A stretch of DNA of 64,000 nucleotides. Source: Moniliella sp. 'wahieum' (Eukaryota). The notes under the pieces were generated by a model, which was not told where the DNA came from, searched no databases, and was given only the letters and a program-made list of their open reading frames with translations. Both the position numbers and the translations under genes were made by a program. Numbering within the stretch: position 1 is the first letter of the stretch; each line of letters begins with the position of its first letter. The stretch is from NCBI GenBank assembly GCA_003971905.1, contig RSEE01000014.1, positions 558,001-622,000 of the forward strand, read 5' to 3'. Positions 62,337 to 64,000 of this stretch are shown in pieces.

Positions 62337-64000
62337 ATGGGAATGGCGCACCGACCGCAGGTGGCTCGCATCGTCACCGATGCCCCTCCCCCGACCCCCC
62401 CCCCCACACAGCGTTGTTGTTCGGTCGCCTTCGGCAGAGGGGGCACAGGAGCAGCAGCACCGCCCTTGCCCGCCTCGCCCTCGCTTGCGGCTTCCCCCGC
62501 CGATCGAAAACCCCACCAGCGCGCCTGTTCGCTCCCACCCCATCCCTTCCTTGCCAGTCCGCGCGGACACCTTCCCCCCGCCCCATCTCCCCCTGCCCAA
62601 ACTCCACTTCCAGCCCGCCGGCCAATCCATTGGCCGCTCGCCGACTCGTCGCCCTCCTCGAACAGCCATTCTCGACTCGCTTACTCCCCTCGCGTGTATG
62701 CCGGGAGCCCACTAAGTCCCTCGCGTCCCATCCTCCCTCCACCTGCCGGCTCGGCCGCTCCGCGTGCCTCCCAACCAGGGCGCGTGACCAGCTCTTACCG
62801 CCAGCCTCTCCTCTGCCGCCACGGCCATCGCGGGAACACTCACAATGCCGCCAGCACCACGGCAGTCAACACTACCCTTCGCAACTCCTACACCACCGCG
62901 GCCCAGTCAGTCCTTCACCGCTCCACACCGTCCATTGACGACAAACCGTACGAAGGAAAGGACCCACCAGAATTGCTCCCCGTCCGCCTCGGCACTCTAC
63001 CGTCGTCGCAGTCATATGCGTCACAAAAGCATCCTTTCGACCACTCCAAGACGCTTGAAGAAACCGAGGAGGCAGTTGAGATGGTCACCTATCCTCCTCC
63101 TCCTCGGCCTGACTTTGGCGGCTCGGATTATGGTGATCTGGACGATGGCGCTCCCACCTGGGAAGGGGAGGGGGGGCGCTTCCAACGCACCCTTGGGCTC
63201 ATGTATCAACGCAGATCCATGTGGGTGATATGCCTGGTACGCCAAGCCACTGTTTGCCCCCTGCCCTCCACGCCGTCGGCAGCCGGCCTCACCTCTCTGC
63301 GAAACGTCAACCAGTCGCGCTCAGCTCGGCCATTGACTGGCTGGGCTTGGCTTGTCCCCCCGCAGTGGCGGCGTCACATTCTCGGGCCCCGTTTGGTGGC
63401 GCTGGTGGGGCGAATGAGAGCGACCCAGAAACCCTACAGCGACACCCCCCACTTCGGGATGGACAGCTTTCCTCGTCGTTGGGATACCGCCATTGGGACG
63501 CAACGTACATGGGACAACCTATGTTCGCAGCCTTGAAGAGTTGGCAACCCGCAAAGAAGTGCATAAACACACTGTCAAGCGACGGCGCCTCGGACCACCC
63601 CAGAGCGCTCCCGAGTCTCAGTGGGGTCCGAGTCGCCTTCGTTAGGACTTAGTACGCGGAAGCGTCCCCAGTGGAAACGGACGCGCCACTGGACTTCTTC
63701 AATTCGGAGAGTGTGGACATCTGCCCACTCTTTTCGCTCCCCTTTTGCCCGTTCACGGCTTGCTTGGCGACGCTTCCTGCACCGCGTGGCCTACCCGTCC
63801 CCGCTTTCACCCCCCTCCTCCAGGATACAGGATTCCATCGCATTGGCCCCATGGCTTCGCATGAACCTCCCTTTCTTCATCTCTAGATCCCCCACGCCGC
63901 ACATGGTCCCGAGACTTCTGTCTTCTCTCTGCACCTTTCTTGGTACGTACACTTCTATCATGCTACGCCCCCCCAATTACTAACATTGGTATTAGATGAA
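62337..64000 (+). CDS. Uncharacterised protein with a Pro-rich N-terminus and possible TM segment, broken by indels/introns and probably running off the right edge
   Basis: Long + strand ORF (62112-63536) with ATG at 62337 after a C-rich leader; hydrophobic stretch near RRSMWVICL. No family confidently recognised. Confidence 0.5.

Overview
Eukaryotic fungal DNA that is GC-rich and gene-dense, with short spliceosomal introns (GTRMGT-type donors, CTRAC branch points). The protein sequences point to a basidiomycete, probably Ustilaginomycotina (inference). The window holds about 27 protein-coding loci and one intron-containing tRNA-Asp. Most are housekeeping genes: eIF3k, IDI1, RPL9, a SWIB/DEK protein, a membrane glutaredoxin, septin CDC3, ARP3, OLA1, NTF2, epsin, STT3, RPS16, TEF1, DUF2461, an AIF/AMID-like oxidoreductase, ERG5 and TLG2. 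Many essential genes carry single-base frameshifts, so the assembly looks like unpolished long reads and several gene ends are approximate. The notable observations are: (1) a recurring non-coding 7-bp-periodic pattern, (TGA/TCA + 4 nt, often palindromic)n, in most promoter-like intergenic regions; (2) an importin-alpha paralog that has lost its key NLS-binding acidic residues and the IBB KRR motif; (3) a Ran1/Ksp1-type pseudokinase next to a spinophilin/Bni4-like PP1-docking protein; (4) unusually long, structured 5'-UTR introns in RPL9 and RPS16; (5) an in-frame GC-AG intron in NTF2. No mobile element, rRNA or CRISPR array was recognised.
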